Assembly (NCBI GenBank): GCA_965202805.1
Contig: OZ241869.1
Coordinates: 2,016,001 to 2,080,000 of the forward strand
Reading direction: 5' to 3'
DNA from: Longimicrobiales bacterium
GTDB taxonomy: Bacteria; Gemmatimonadota; Gemmatimonadetes; Longimicrobiales; Gaopeijiaceae
DNA: 64,000 nucleotides
The translations under genes and the position numbers were made by a program. This document shows positions 8,973 to 17,919 of the stretch, piece by piece (positions within the stretch are counted from its first letter, which is position 1; each line of letters begins with the position of its first letter). The notes under the pieces are model-generated. The model searched no databases and had not been told where the DNA came from. It was given only the letters and a program-made list of their open reading frames with translations.

Positions 8973-10210
8973 GCCGCTGGAGGCAGTGGGTGAAGGAGCC
9001 GAAGGGCGCGCTGCCGGGCGGCATCGTCACGAAGGCGGGGATCGTGCTGATCGCCGTGCTCGTCGCCGGGCTGCTGCTCTCGTCCTCGCTCTCCGGTCCC
9101 GGCGAGGAGGCGGCCGCGCCCGGAACCCAGCCCGGGGCGCGGGCGGTGGACGGCGGCATGGGCCGGTCGTTCGAAGGACGCCTCCGCGACGAAGCGGAGC
9201 GCCAGACGCAACGCGCCGCCGCCGAGTCCGGCGATGGTCCGGCGGACCGGGAAGCCGGAGCCGACGCGGGCTCGGGGTCCGCCGGGTCCGATGCCGGCGG
9301 GGACGACCCAGCCGGCGGCTTGGGCCGCGCCGAGTTCGAATTGCGCGAAGCGCTTCGGCTCGAAGAGGTCGAGCGCCGGACGCGCTCGCTCCGCTCGCTC
9401 CCCGTCGCGCAGTCGCACCGGGATCCCGACGGGTCTCCGGATGCGGCGGCGTCTCCCCGGGCGCCCGAGTCTCCCGACGCGGCACTCGATGGCGCGCTCG
9501 CGTCGCTCGGGCAATCCCTCTCCGCCCTTGAGGCCGAAATGGCGGCCGGGCTGGCCGCCGGAGAGTTCGCACCCGGCGCCGGCGGCCCGGTGCCGCAGAC
9601 AGGTCGTCCCGCGTCCGGCACATCCGAGCCCGCCCGTTTGGTCCGGCCCCATGATCCGCCGGGCTGGGAGCGGATCCGCGAGGGCACGTTCCTGGAGGCG
9701 GTGCTGGTCACCCAGTTGTCGGGCGAGTTCCCCGGCCCGGTGCTCGCGATGGTGTCGGTGCCGCTGTATTCGGCCGACCGCCAGCGCGTGCTCATTCCCC
9801 GCGGCGCGCGCGTCGTGGGCACGGCGAGCGCGGTCCAGAACCGCGACCAGAGCCGTCTCGCCGTCGCGTTCCACCGGCTGTTGCTGCCCGATGGCAGCTG
9901 GGTCGATCTCCGGTTCGCCGGGCTGAACCAAGCGGGCGAGAGCGCGCTCCTGGACGAAGTGAACCGCCGCTACCTCTCGACATTCGCCGCGGCGGGTGCG
10001 GTCGGCGCGCTGAGCGGCCTCACGCTCGCCGGTGCGTCGCCCTACGGACTCCGCGCGGGCGTCGGCCAGGGGATCGGCGGCAGCGCCAACTCGATGCTGG
10101 ATCGGTACCTGAACCGGCTCCCCGAGATCACGATCCGCGCGGGCCACCGGCTCCGCGTCTGGCTCACTGCGGATGTCCTCGTTCCCACTCCCACCCCCGC
10201 ACACCGCTGA
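8969..10210 (+). CDS. virB10: VirB10/TrbI-family protein
   Basis: N-terminal TM; 'GTFLEAVLVT....PGPV..VS..Y.....LIPRG', 'RL...F.RL..PDG', 'P.ITIRAG'. Confidence 0.88.
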   Translation: MSRWRQWVKEPKGALPGGIVTKAGIVLIAVLVAGLLLSSSLSGPGEEAAAPGTQPGARAVDGGMGRSFEGRLRDEAERQTQRAAAESGDGPADREAGADAGSGSAGSDAGGDDPAGGLGRAEFELREALRLEEVERRTRSLRSLPVAQSHRDPDGSPDAAASPRAPESPDAALDGALASLGQSLSALEAEMAAGLAAGEFAPGAGGPVPQTGRPASGTSEPARLVRPHDPPGWERIREGTFLEAVLVTQLSGEFPGPVLAMVSVPLYSADRQRVLIPRGARVVGTASAVQNRDQSRLAVAFHRLLLPDGSWVDLRFAGLNQAGESALLDEVNRRYLSTFAAAGAVGALSGLTLAGASPYGLRAGVGQGIGGSANSMLDRYLNRLPEITIRAGHRLRVWLTADVLVPTPTPAHR

Positions 10211-10227
10211 CAGGAAAGGACTCTCCC

Positions 10228-10853
10228 ATGCTTCACCGCATTCTCATCCCCGCCCTTCTCGTCCCGCTGCTGGCGCTCGCGGACCCCGCGCCCGCGAGCG
10301 CGCAGTTCGACTTCGGCAGCTGGTTCCAGCGGGCCACCATGATCGCGAACCAGCTCACGCAGATCTCGCACCAGGTCACCCAGATCCGGTCAATGGCCAG
10401 CCAGCTTTCGGAACTCGAAGACCAGCTCGACCACATGGAGCGCGCCGCCAAGGGCGAGATCGACGCGCTGCTCCGGCCGTTCTCCGACCTCGCCGCCGGA
10501 CCCGTCGGGCTTGTGAGGAACGGCCTCGGGTGGCGCAGGGACTTCACCGGCCCGGCCCGGGACATGGTCGGCGCGGTGCGCGACTTCGGCCGCGGGCGCT
10601 CCTTCACCGGTCTGTGGCGCACCGCCCACGGGACCGCCGACCGGGTGAGCGAGGCCGACCTCCTGGCTCTCCACCGGAACCTTCCGCCCCGGGCCGCCAC
10701 GCAGGCGCTCGAGGACTACCGTCGAGCGCGGGAGACGGCCGACCGGCAGCGAGCGCTCGACTACGCGGCGCTCGACGCGGCGGCCGAACTCGCCTCGACC
10801 ATCGAGAGCGCGCGGGGCTCGTTCTCGGGCCTGACCGCGAACGGCAACCTGTC
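10228..10853 (+). pseudogene. 5' part of VirB5/TrbJ-like protein, interrupted by the nested element
   Basis: Signal peptide (ASAQ) and Gln-rich amphipathic helix 'NQLTQISHQVTQIRSM'. Sequence turns unrelated after 'NGNLS', which recurs at 19493. Confidence 0.75.
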
Positions 10854-10908
10854 GAGAGAGCACGTAAGTCGTTGTGTCCATTGGCTCATTGGCTCGCGGG
10901 CCTTCGAG

Positions 10909-10945
10909 ATGCCCCCAGAGTTGCCCCAAACGTGCAGTTGCCCCC
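10909..10945 (+). repeat. Putative integrase arm-type sites, left end ((A/T)TGCCCC x3)
   Basis: ATGCCCC 10909, TTGCCCC 10921 and 10938; the same motif recurs at the other IME end. Confidence 0.6.
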
Positions 10946-11112
10946 AGCACCCGTCAGCGACGCCTCGCTGCCCTTCCGGTGCTGGGCGCGTGCGCGGAGC
11001 CCGTCGCGGAGGCTGGCGACAACCAGCCGGTTCTCGTGCTCCACACCAAGCACTACGGCACCAACGCCCGGATGATTCCGGGATTCACCATTGAGAGAAG
11101 GAGGACGGAGCG

Positions 11113-11340
11113 ATGACGAGTGTGATCGAAAAGAAAACGCGAGCGCCGGGACGCTTTCTGCGGCTGCCGGAGGTAATGGCCCGCACCGGCCTGTCGCGGA
11201 GCACGATCTATGTGCGGCTGGACGAGGGGCGCTTCCCCCGACCAGTCTCGCTGGGCGGTCGCGCGGTCGGCTGGATCGAGGCCGAGGTGGACGAGTGGAT
11301 CCGCGAGCGGATCAAGGAGAGCCGGGGCGGGGATGCCTAG
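11113..11340 (+). CDS. alpA: AlpA-family regulator / recombination directionality factor of the IME
   Basis: 'FLRLPEVMARTGLSRSTIY....GRFPRPVSLGGRAVGWIEAEVDEWI'; upstream GGAGG RBS. Confidence 0.9.
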   Translation: MTSVIEKKTRAPGRFLRLPEVMARTGLSRSTIYVRLDEGRFPRPVSLGGRAVGWIEAEVDEWIRERIKESRGGDA

Positions 11341-11408
11341 CAGGGAGCCACCACAGCCACTTGAGGTGTGGCTTGAGGCCCGAGTCGACTCACGGGCGCA
11401 ACGTCGGC

Positions 11409-11437
11409 TTGACAGGCAGACAACGGTTCGCTACGCT
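11409..11437 (+). promoter_or_regulatory. Sigma70-type promoter TTGACA-N17-TACGCT
   Basis: TTGACA 11409-11414, exactly 17 nt spacer, TACGCT 11432-11437. Confidence 0.7.
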
Positions 11438-11442
11438 CTAGT

Positions 11443-11518
11443 CGGGACGCACCTACGGTGGACCTCCATCGTACTGCCCCCTTTCCGAGGCCCGCGCTCC
11501 GGCGCGGGCCTTCGTGTT
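11443..11518 (+). ncRNA. Candidate structured small RNA/leader with terminator hairpin upstream of the DUF3800 gene
   Basis: Stem TACGGTGG/CCATCGTA (11454-11473), then a 10-bp hairpin AGGCCCGCGC-TCCG-GCGCGGGCCT (11488-11511) followed by TCGTGTT. Confidence 0.5.
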
Positions 11519-11538
11519 CCCTGCTCCAGACGATTCCT

Positions 11539-12300
11539 GTGACCTATTTTGCCTACCTTGACGAATTCGGTCACATCGGCCCCTACGTCAGTCGCGAAGA
11601 CCCACAACACAACGATAGCCCCGTCTTCGGACTTGCTGGGTTCGTGATACCCATCACGCAGATACGCGGATTTGCGATGTGGGTTTTCCGTCTCAAGAAG
11701 CAGGTGTTCTCGCACGAACTGGCGAGGTCCGACAAGATTCCCGCGCAGTGGGAGAAGAAGGGATCTAGCCTCTACACCGTCAAGAACGTGACCCATTACC
11801 GCCAGACCAGACTGCTCACCAACAGGTTACTCGAAAAGGTCACCACCCTCGGCGGATTCGTTTTCTACGTTGGAACCAAGAAGACCGCAGGCGTAGACAG
11901 CCACAACTCCAACAGCCTATACACGGCCACGTTTCTGGAAGCGATCAAGCGGATCGACCAATTCTGCACGGAGGACTGCGGTCCGGGAACTAGGTTCATG
12001 GTGGTCCTCGACGAACACAGCCGCCGCTCAGCCATCGTCACCGCAGCGGGGCAGAGCATGTTTGGGGGCACCGAGCCACGACGCCGGCTCATTGAGCCCC
12101 CGTTCCAGGTAGAAAGCGATCGCTATCAAACAGTTCAGGCTGCCGACTGGATCGCAGGGCTGGTGGGACGAATCGGGGCGTACAGGGCGGATCCGGTAGC
12201 GTATCCAGAGAACGAGGTGTTCCTCAAGTACTTCGGCCAACGCCTCCAAGATCACTCCCGCCGTTCTGGGATACGAGGAGCGAGTCCGCTCGCCCAATGA
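11539..12300 (+). CDS. DUF3800-family protein (RNase H-like fold; putative toxin/defence nuclease)
   Basis: N-terminal 'YFAYLDEFG', central 'VVLDE', C-terminal 'VQAADWIAG'. GTG 11539 is preferred over the longer ORF start. Confidence 0.8.
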   Translation: MTYFAYLDEFGHIGPYVSREDPQHNDSPVFGLAGFVIPITQIRGFAMWVFRLKKQVFSHELARSDKIPAQWEKKGSSLYTVKNVTHYRQTRLLTNRLLEKVTTLGGFVFYVGTKKTAGVDSHNSNSLYTATFLEAIKRIDQFCTEDCGPGTRFMVVLDEHSRRSAIVTAAGQSMFGGTEPRRRLIEPPFQVESDRYQTVQAADWIAGLVGRIGAYRADPVAYPENEVFLKYFGQRLQDHSRRSGIRGASPLAQ

Positions 12301-12739
12301 TCGATTCGTACGCACCCTTCTCCATAGACTCGTTTCTCCCTTGAGCCCGCTCGTGGTTCCCCCCAGGTAGAATCGGTTACGGCCATTCGCGGAATCGGCA
12401 GGTTACCGAGCCGCGGTGCAGGTTGCGGGTACTCACGAAGATGCGTCACTGGGGAGGGTGGCGCTTGAACGCCCGGCGGCGCGACTGTGCCTCCGTCCGC
12501 CGCCATCATGGTTGTTCCCCGTTCGAGTCCTTGAGGAAGGCGATGGAGGTGCCGCTGGCGGAGGGCGATACGGCTCCGGGACGGCGCTGGACCCCTTTGG
12601 AAAGCGCCTCGATTCGGGCGGTTGACACGGTCGGAATCAGGCTTCTCCGTGTAAGGTATGGAGATGCCGCCGACCCGAGATTCCCGCCGCCGGAAGCCGT
12701 CTCGCGCGCTTGCCGGGGGGCTGTCTGACACCCTTAAGG

Positions 12740-12800
12740 TGGGAGAGCCAGCCTACCCCCGGTATAACCGCGGGGCTGGCGAGGGACGTTGCCCCTTCGA
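12740..12800 (-). other. Putative oriT of the IME (ColE1/MOBP5-like nic context)
   Basis: Minus strand reads GGGGGTAGGCTGGCTCT, resembling ColE1 nic CTGG^CT. It lies upstream of mobC with nearby inverted repeats. Confidence 0.45.
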
Positions 12801-12877
12801 TCCCCAACAGACCCGCGCTCCGGTGGATTGCGCGGGCGGGGGCGTGGCCCCCGTTCCCCCCGTGACGGCGCTTCCCG

Positions 12878-13216
12878 ATGGCTAGACGCCGCCCGGTCAT
12901 CGTCGCCGTCCGCCTCACGCCGGACGAGTCCGCCGACTGGCGGACCAAGGCGGCGGCCGCGGGCGTGCCGCTCTCGGCGCTGATCCGCCGTGCGATGGCT
13001 CGCACGCGGACGTGGACGGCCCCTGCGGCCGAGGTCGAGCGCGAGCGCAACCGGCAGGTCTCCCGCATTGGGAACAACCTCAACCAGATCGCCCGGTGGG
13101 CGAATACCCACAAGGGCGCGGCCGAGGCCGTCGAGATCGTCGCCCGCCTGGTCGCCATCGAGCGGGCGCTGCTCGCCGTGGCCCGCATCGACGAGGACGG
13201 CGGCGATGCACATTAA
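12878..13216 (+). CDS. mobC: MobC/MbeC relaxosome accessory protein (RHH)
   Basis: 'VAVRLT.DE.......A...G..LSALIR' RHH and 'RIGNNLNQIARWAN' MobC signature. Confidence 0.9.
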   Translation: MARRRPVIVAVRLTPDESADWRTKAAAAGVPLSALIRRAMARTRTWTAPAAEVERERNRQVSRIGNNLNQIARWANTHKGAAEAVEIVARLVAIERALLAVARIDEDGGDAH

Positions 13217-14771
13217 GTTCCTCGCCCGCGGGACCGGATCGGCGGGGGCGGCGGCTGACTACCTCCTCGGGGAGCGCGACGCGACCGGCCAGCCACGCGA
13301 GGGCGTCGAGGTGTTGCGGGGGAACCCGGACATGGTGGCCGCGATGGCCGACTCGCTCGACTTCGAGCACAGGTACACGTCCGGCGTGATCGCATGGGCA
13401 CCGGAGGACCAACCCACCGACGAGCAGATCGAGGCGGTCCTGGACGCCTTCGAGGAGACGGCTTGGGCGGGACTGGAGCCCGACCGATACGCTTGGGCCG
13501 CCGTGCTACACCGCGAGCGCGGCGGCGGTGCTCACGTCCACGTCCTCGCCGCGCGGTGCGACTTGGAGACCGGGCGGAGCCTCAACATCGCGCCCCCCGG
13601 CTGGCAGAGGACGTTCGACCCGCTCCGCGACGCCTTCAACCACGAACACGGCTGGAGTCGGCCCGACGACCCGCAGCGGGCCAGGGTGCAGCACCCCGGA
13701 CACCGGGCCTACGTCGAGGCGGCGCGGCTCAGGACCGGCCTCGGCCTCGAACCCGAGCCACGCGACCTGATCCGGGACTACCTGCTCCAGCGAGTCGAGC
13801 ATGGCACGGTGCGGAACCGGGCCGATGTTGTCGCCGCCCTGCGGGAGGCGGGGCTGGAGGTGCCGCGCCAAGGCAAGGACTATCTCACGGCGCTGGACCC
13901 CGAGACCGGAGACCGCTGGCGGCTGAAAGGAGAACTGTATGGAGAGAACTTCGAGCGCGAACGATTTGACCGCGCGGCTGAGGAGACGGCTGGAGAACGA
14001 GCGCGGGGAAATCGAGGAGTTGACCGCGAGCGAGCTGAAGCGGCTCGGCGAGAACTCGCGGCGCGTCGCGAGGAACGCGCTGCGTACCATCGAGCGCGAT
14101 ACGGAGGAGGCGACCGGGCGGATGCGCGAGTTGCTGGCAAAGGCTTGGCAACGGCCCCTGATCGTCGGCCTGAGCCTTTGGATCGGTTTCTTCGGCGGAA
14201 GCTGGGCGACGATGCGCTGGTTGGCGGGGAGTATCCAAGCCCGGATCGAGACCCGCGCCGAACTGGGCCGGGACATCGAGGACGCTCGGCGGACGCTGGC
14301 CCAACTGGAGGTGGACACTTGGGGGCTCGTGTTCCACGAGATCAAGGGCGAGCGGTTCGTGGTGGTGCCGGACGGGGCGTTGGACGATCCGCCTTGGAAG
14401 GTGGACGATCGTCCGGCGTTGAAGCTGTCGAACGAGTGAAGGAGGTCTATGACCGCGTTAGAGGAGCATTTGACGAGGGCCTTGCGGAGGTTGTCCGCGC
14501 AGTACGAGACGGAACAGCGGCGGCACTCCGGGCAGGTCGAAGCCTTGCGGCGGCGCGTCGAGCGGCAAAGCGGGGAGAGCGAAGCCTTGCGGCAGCGCGT
14601 CGAGCGGCTGAGTGCGGAGAACGAAGTCTTGCAGCGGCGAATCGAGCGGCTCGACGTGCTGGCGACACGCTTGGCCGAGTATTCCGGGACATCCGCCGCC
14701 GCGAGACCGCGCGGCCTCCGCATCTGATGCGCCGTCCGGGACCGGATCGCGATCAGGGTCCGAGCCGTTGA
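13206..14771 (+). CDS. mbeA: MbeA/MobA-like (MOBP5) relaxase
   Basis: 'MHIKF..RG.G....ADYLLG', 'YTSGVIAW', 'WAAVLH.......HVH'; same gene order as the ColE1 mob region. Confidence 0.85.
   Translation: MHIKFLARGTGSAGAAADYLLGERDATGQPREGVEVLRGNPDMVAAMADSLDFEHRYTSGVIAWAPEDQPTDEQIEAVLDAFEETAWAGLEPDRYAWAAVLHRERGGGAHVHVLAARCDLETGRSLNIAPPGWQRTFDPLRDAFNHEHGWSRPDDPQRARVQHPGHRAYVEAARLRTGLGLEPEPRDLIRDYLLQRVEHGTVRNRADVVAALREAGLEVPRQGKDYLTALDPETGDRWRLKGELYGENFERERFDRAAEETAGERARGNRGVDRERAEAARRELAARREERAAYHRARYGGGDRADARVAGKGLATAPDRRPEPLDRFLRRKLGDDALVGGEYPSPDRDPRRTGPGHRGRSADAGPTGGGHLGARVPRDQGRAVRGGAGRGVGRSALEGGRSSGVEAVERVKEVYDRVRGAFDEGLAEVVRAVRDGTAAALRAGRSLAAARRAAKRGERSLAAARRAAECGERSLAAANRAARRAGDTLGRVFRDIRRRETARPPHLMRRPGPDRDQGPSR
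13939..14439 (+). CDS. mbeB: MbeB-like mobilization protein overprinted within the relaxase gene
   Basis: Alternate-frame ORF with AGGAG RBS, coiled coil and single TM; same position as ColE1 mbeB. Confidence 0.65.
   Translation: MERTSSANDLTARLRRRLENERGEIEELTASELKRLGENSRRVARNALRTIERDTEEATGRMRELLAKAWQRPLIVGLSLWIGFFGGSWATMRWLAGSIQARIETRAELGRDIEDARRTLAQLEVDTWGLVFHEIKGERFVVVPDGALDDPPWKVDDRPALKLSNE
14449..14727 (+). CDS. mbeD: MbeD/MobD-like protein overprinted within the relaxase gene
   Basis: AAGGAGG RBS; 'MTALEEHLTRALRRLSAQY' resembles the MbeD N-terminus; coiled coil. Confidence 0.75.
   Translation: MTALEEHLTRALRRLSAQYETEQRRHSGQVEALRRRVERQSGESEALRQRVERLSAENEVLQRRIERLDVLATRLAEYSGTSAAARPRGLRI
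14538..14651 (+). repeat. 42-bp tandem repeat (~2.7 copies) read in two frames
   Basis: Units begin CGAAG(C/T)CTTGC at 14538, 14580 and 14622. Confidence 0.85.
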
Positions 14772-14921
14772 TGACTGACGCTCGAGGAATCCCGGCGGCA
14801 CCCCCGGTCTTGGTCCAGACCGCGCACACAACGACACCGTCTCGATCAACTCGGAACGCTCCTGCGAGGCGTGACGTCGCAGAATCGCGGTCGCGCTACC
14901 TAGACGCGCCGCATTCAGCGA

Positions 14922-16025
14922 TCAGACTGCGGCAACGGGCAACCGGGAGGTCTCGTTGCTCTTCCCTACCATCTGTCGAAAGTAGTCCCAATAGGGCTGT
15001 TGCCTTACCAGCGTCTTGGCCGCGTCGTGGTCCAAGCCACCCGTTCTCCATGGAACCTCCACCGTCATTCCGGACAGCTTCTGCTGGTAACACTGGCGAC
15101 CATAACCGTACCTCCACTTCTGCTGGTTGATCATCGCAGCGATCAGAACCACGGTTTCCAACGGCATTTCCGCGCGAGGCCGGAGGACGATGACGTTATC
15201 TGTCACGATGAATTCACGAGACTGCACGAAGGCGTCTCCGCCAACCGTGCTTACGGTTATCGTTCCCGGCGGATACACGTTGCTCCCCTCGGGTTGCTCA
15301 TAGTATCCAGCCACCCCGTTGTCGTTCGTGGTTCTGGACACGGTCGGCCATGGACCACGCCCGAGCGCGCCGAGAGAATGGAAGTCGCCCCGGACTAAGT
15401 GGAAGATCTCGTCCACCCGCTTCGTGACCCAATCGGTCCTCTTCGGCGCGCCTACCCGTCGGTGAGGCAGTCGCAGGTCGAGTTCAGCAACGGAACTGGC
15501 TTCCCGTGTACCCTCATCATTGTCGGTTCTCGTCGGCCCCCTGGCCGCGGATCGTCCGTGAGGCGGTCGCAGGTCGAGCTCAGCAACGGAGATGGCTTCC
15601 CGAATACGTTCGTTGTCGATTCGCACCGCCGCGCCGTTGGTATGGACCGGTACGTCGATGAGCAGATCGCCCAGCTTTCCCTTGAAGCACTTCCGTCCAT
15701 AGGAGTAGCGCCAGCGTAACGCGTTGATGAGCGCTACTACGTAAACCAACGACAGTTCTTCGGCTTCCTGCCGTGGTAGGAGAATGCCGATATCGTCCTT
15801 AGCCCCGAACTCATACGGCCGGTACTTAGCCGTCAGCGTAGCGCCGTTGTAGGCTACCGTGATGACGTTGGAATAGCGCCTTTCCTGAGGTATGTCGAAG
15901 CGGTCGATAAATCCGTGATTGATATCGCCACATGACACGAGCGGCACGGAGCCCGGAGCGAGTTCATGGAGGGCGTGGTAGTCGCCGGACTTGATGTCGA
16001 ACAGCTTACGGAGTTGGATGGGCAT
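14922..16025 (-). CDS. Restriction-modification specificity subunit (two TRDs; BcgIB/HsdS-like)
   Basis: Two homologous halves ('LFDIKSGDYH..WRYSYGRKC' / 'IFHLVRGDFH..WRYGYGRQC'); overlaps the end of the MTase gene. Confidence 0.8.
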   Translation of the reverse strand: MPIQLRKLFDIKSGDYHALHELAPGSVPLVSCGDINHGFIDRFDIPQERRYSNVITVAYNGATLTAKYRPYEFGAKDDIGILLPRQEAEELSLVYVVALINALRWRYSYGRKCFKGKLGDLLIDVPVHTNGAAVRIDNERIREAISVAELDLRPPHGRSAARGPTRTDNDEGTREASSVAELDLRLPHRRVGAPKRTDWVTKRVDEIFHLVRGDFHSLGALGRGPWPTVSRTTNDNGVAGYYEQPEGSNVYPPGTITVSTVGGDAFVQSREFIVTDNVIVLRPRAEMPLETVVLIAAMINQQKWRYGYGRQCYQQKLSGMTVEVPWRTGGLDHDAAKTLVRQQPYWDYFRQMVGKSNETSRLPVAAV

Positions 16026-17919
16026 CGCCCTCGCCTCCGTCCCAGACCGCGTCAACGCCGTTGCGAACGAGGAACGCCGCGCACTCGCGAAGCACCCGCT
16101 CCACGCCTCTCCCGATGTCGCCCTCCGACAGCGGCTCCTGTTCCAGGTATGCTTCGGGTATCAGTTCCAGCTGCTTGTCCTCGAAATCGATGGGTGCCGC
16201 GATCATGTACCGTGGCCGGCTCAGGACATCCAGCGACGGGTCGTTGATGAACGCCCGCAGCGTTGGGATCGCCTCTTCAAGCTGATCGCCCGTACGGTGG
16301 CTCGTAAGCCGCTTCCCCTTCGATTTCAGGTGTCCGTCCGTTTCGGCCCGGACCCACAGGGTCTTCTGTTCCTTGAGATGTGGCGTGCCTTTCCGAATCA
16401 CGACGCCAACGGGAGGCGCAGCCACGGGATAGAAGACATCGATGGGAAGCGTGATCACCGCCAAGAGTGTGTTCCGCTTCAGCAACTCAGAACGCCAAGT
16501 CTTGGCCGCACCGCCCTTTGCCATCACCGAGTAGGGGAGAATACTGAAGAGCAAGCCATGCTCCTCCAGTTGGCGGAGGGCGTAGCTGACGAACTCGTAA
16601 TCCTTGTGTTTGCTCTTATCGCGCGTAAACGGGGGATTCATGAGCACGCGCGTGACCGGGGAGTTGGTCGTCGGCGCATCCACGAACCGAGCCGTTGGCC
16701 CATCCGGTCCCCGGGCGGTCGCCAGATGTTTCTGCATACAGTCGGCTGGCTCGATGTTGTTCTTTCCGTCTCCCCGGAAGATCATGTTCACCACGGCCAA
16801 AGCGCAGATGCCGTCATCGAGTTCCAAGCCGAAAACCGACCTCCTCTTGAAGGCCTCAAGCTGGGAGGGCGTGCAGGTCTCCTTGGCCTGCTCAAACGCC
16901 GCGACCAGGAATCCGCCAGTCCCGCAGGTCGGGTCGTAGACGATATCACGAGCCGTGATGTTCATGATTCGGGCCGCGAACTTCGTGACGTGGCGAGGCG
17001 TCAGCACGATGCCCAGTTTCTGCGCCCATCTCGCATATTTCAGGAACACTTCGTAGAACGTTCCCAACCAGTCGGCACCCGAGCGCATAGCCGAATGGAT
17101 GTTCAGCCCCCGCAACTCCTGCAACGCCTCTACCAGCGCGCGGCGGTAGATGGCGTGATTGTTCGTGGCGGCCGGTATGGGAATCCGGATGTGGTCCTCG
17201 AATCCCTCCTTGCCCTGCTGCTGAAGGACACGGCGGACCCTAGTGTTGATGTCTCCAATGAGTACGGACGTATCCTTCTCTTCGATGTTCGGTGCCCCGC
17301 TTGGATTCAGCATGGAGAGCAGCAACGCCGACACGACCTTGGGCCGATCGTGCGCCTGGACGCTCCCCGCGTCTAGCGTGGCGTTGATGCGCTCAGCCGT
17401 CAGCACGAATCGCCGATCGTCGATTGGCGGGTCAGCGATGTCGGGGCCTGCTGCATCGAACAGAGTCTGGCAGTCAGACGGCGACAGGAATCCCGTCGCC
17501 GGGATCCCATTGATCGTAACCGCCGTCCACGTACCGTCGATGTTGACTTCCGTAGATACCAAGAAGCCGTCATCGTCATTGCCCGCCACACCCGACACCA
17601 AAGGAACCTCGTAGTCGTCGCCGACAATCAGCATTTCGGCGTACTCCCGAGCGTCCTTCATCGCTTCCGAAAGCTGCCCGTGCGTACTCTTGGATTCGAT
17701 CACCCACAGGCGGCGATCCGTAACCGTTACGATGTTCTCGGGCCTGTTCAGTCCCAGCCGCGCCTTCATGCGGGGGTTGGACAGACACTGATTCTGGGTG
17801 TAGACCTGACCGTCGGGGTTCCGTTCGGGGTTCTTGGTGGACCAGCCGATTTCACCGAGCTTCCGCTTGATGAAGATGTACGCATCCACCTCCGTTGGTC
17901 TGCCCCGACGCGGGCTCAC
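16006..17919 (-). CDS. Fused endonuclease-N6-adenine methyltransferase (Type IIB/BcgIA-like)
   Basis: N-terminal 'RPENIV....WVIESK' PD-(D/E)XK-like motif, 'YDPTCGTGGFL' motif I, 'NPPF' motif IV; GTG 17919 with GAGGAGG RBS. Confidence 0.85.
   Translation of the reverse strand: MSPRRGRPTEVDAYIFIKRKLGEIGWSTKNPERNPDGQVYTQNQCLSNPRMKARLGLNRPENIVTVTDRRLWVIESKSTHGQLSEAMKDAREYAEMLIVGDDYEVPLVSGVAGNDDDGFLVSTEVNIDGTWTAVTINGIPATGFLSPSDCQTLFDAAGPDIADPPIDDRRFVLTAERINATLDAGSVQAHDRPKVVSALLLSMLNPSGAPNIEEKDTSVLIGDINTRVRRVLQQQGKEGFEDHIRIPIPAATNNHAIYRRALVEALQELRGLNIHSAMRSGADWLGTFYEVFLKYARWAQKLGIVLTPRHVTKFAARIMNITARDIVYDPTCGTGGFLVAAFEQAKETCTPSQLEAFKRRSVFGLELDDGICALAVVNMIFRGDGKNNIEPADCMQKHLATARGPDGPTARFVDAPTTNSPVTRVLMNPPFTRDKSKHKDYEFVSYALRQLEEHGLLFSILPYSVMAKGGAAKTWRSELLKRNTLLAVITLPIDVFYPVAAPPVGVVIRKGTPHLKEQKTLWVRAETDGHLKSKGKRLTSHRTGDQLEEAIPTLRAFINDPSLDVLSRPRYMIAAPIDFEDKQLELIPEAYLEQEPLSEGDIGRGVERVLRECAAFLVRNGVDAVWDGGEGDAHPTP

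Noticed and set aside
10228..11094. 288-aa ORF as an intact gene
   Set aside because: The last ~80 codons are read-through into the IME left end; the true continuation is at 19493.
12301..12730. ORFs or a second ncRNA downstream of DUF3800
   Set aside because: ORFs lack RBS or motifs, promoter-like hexamers are wrongly spaced, and I could not support a structure by eye.
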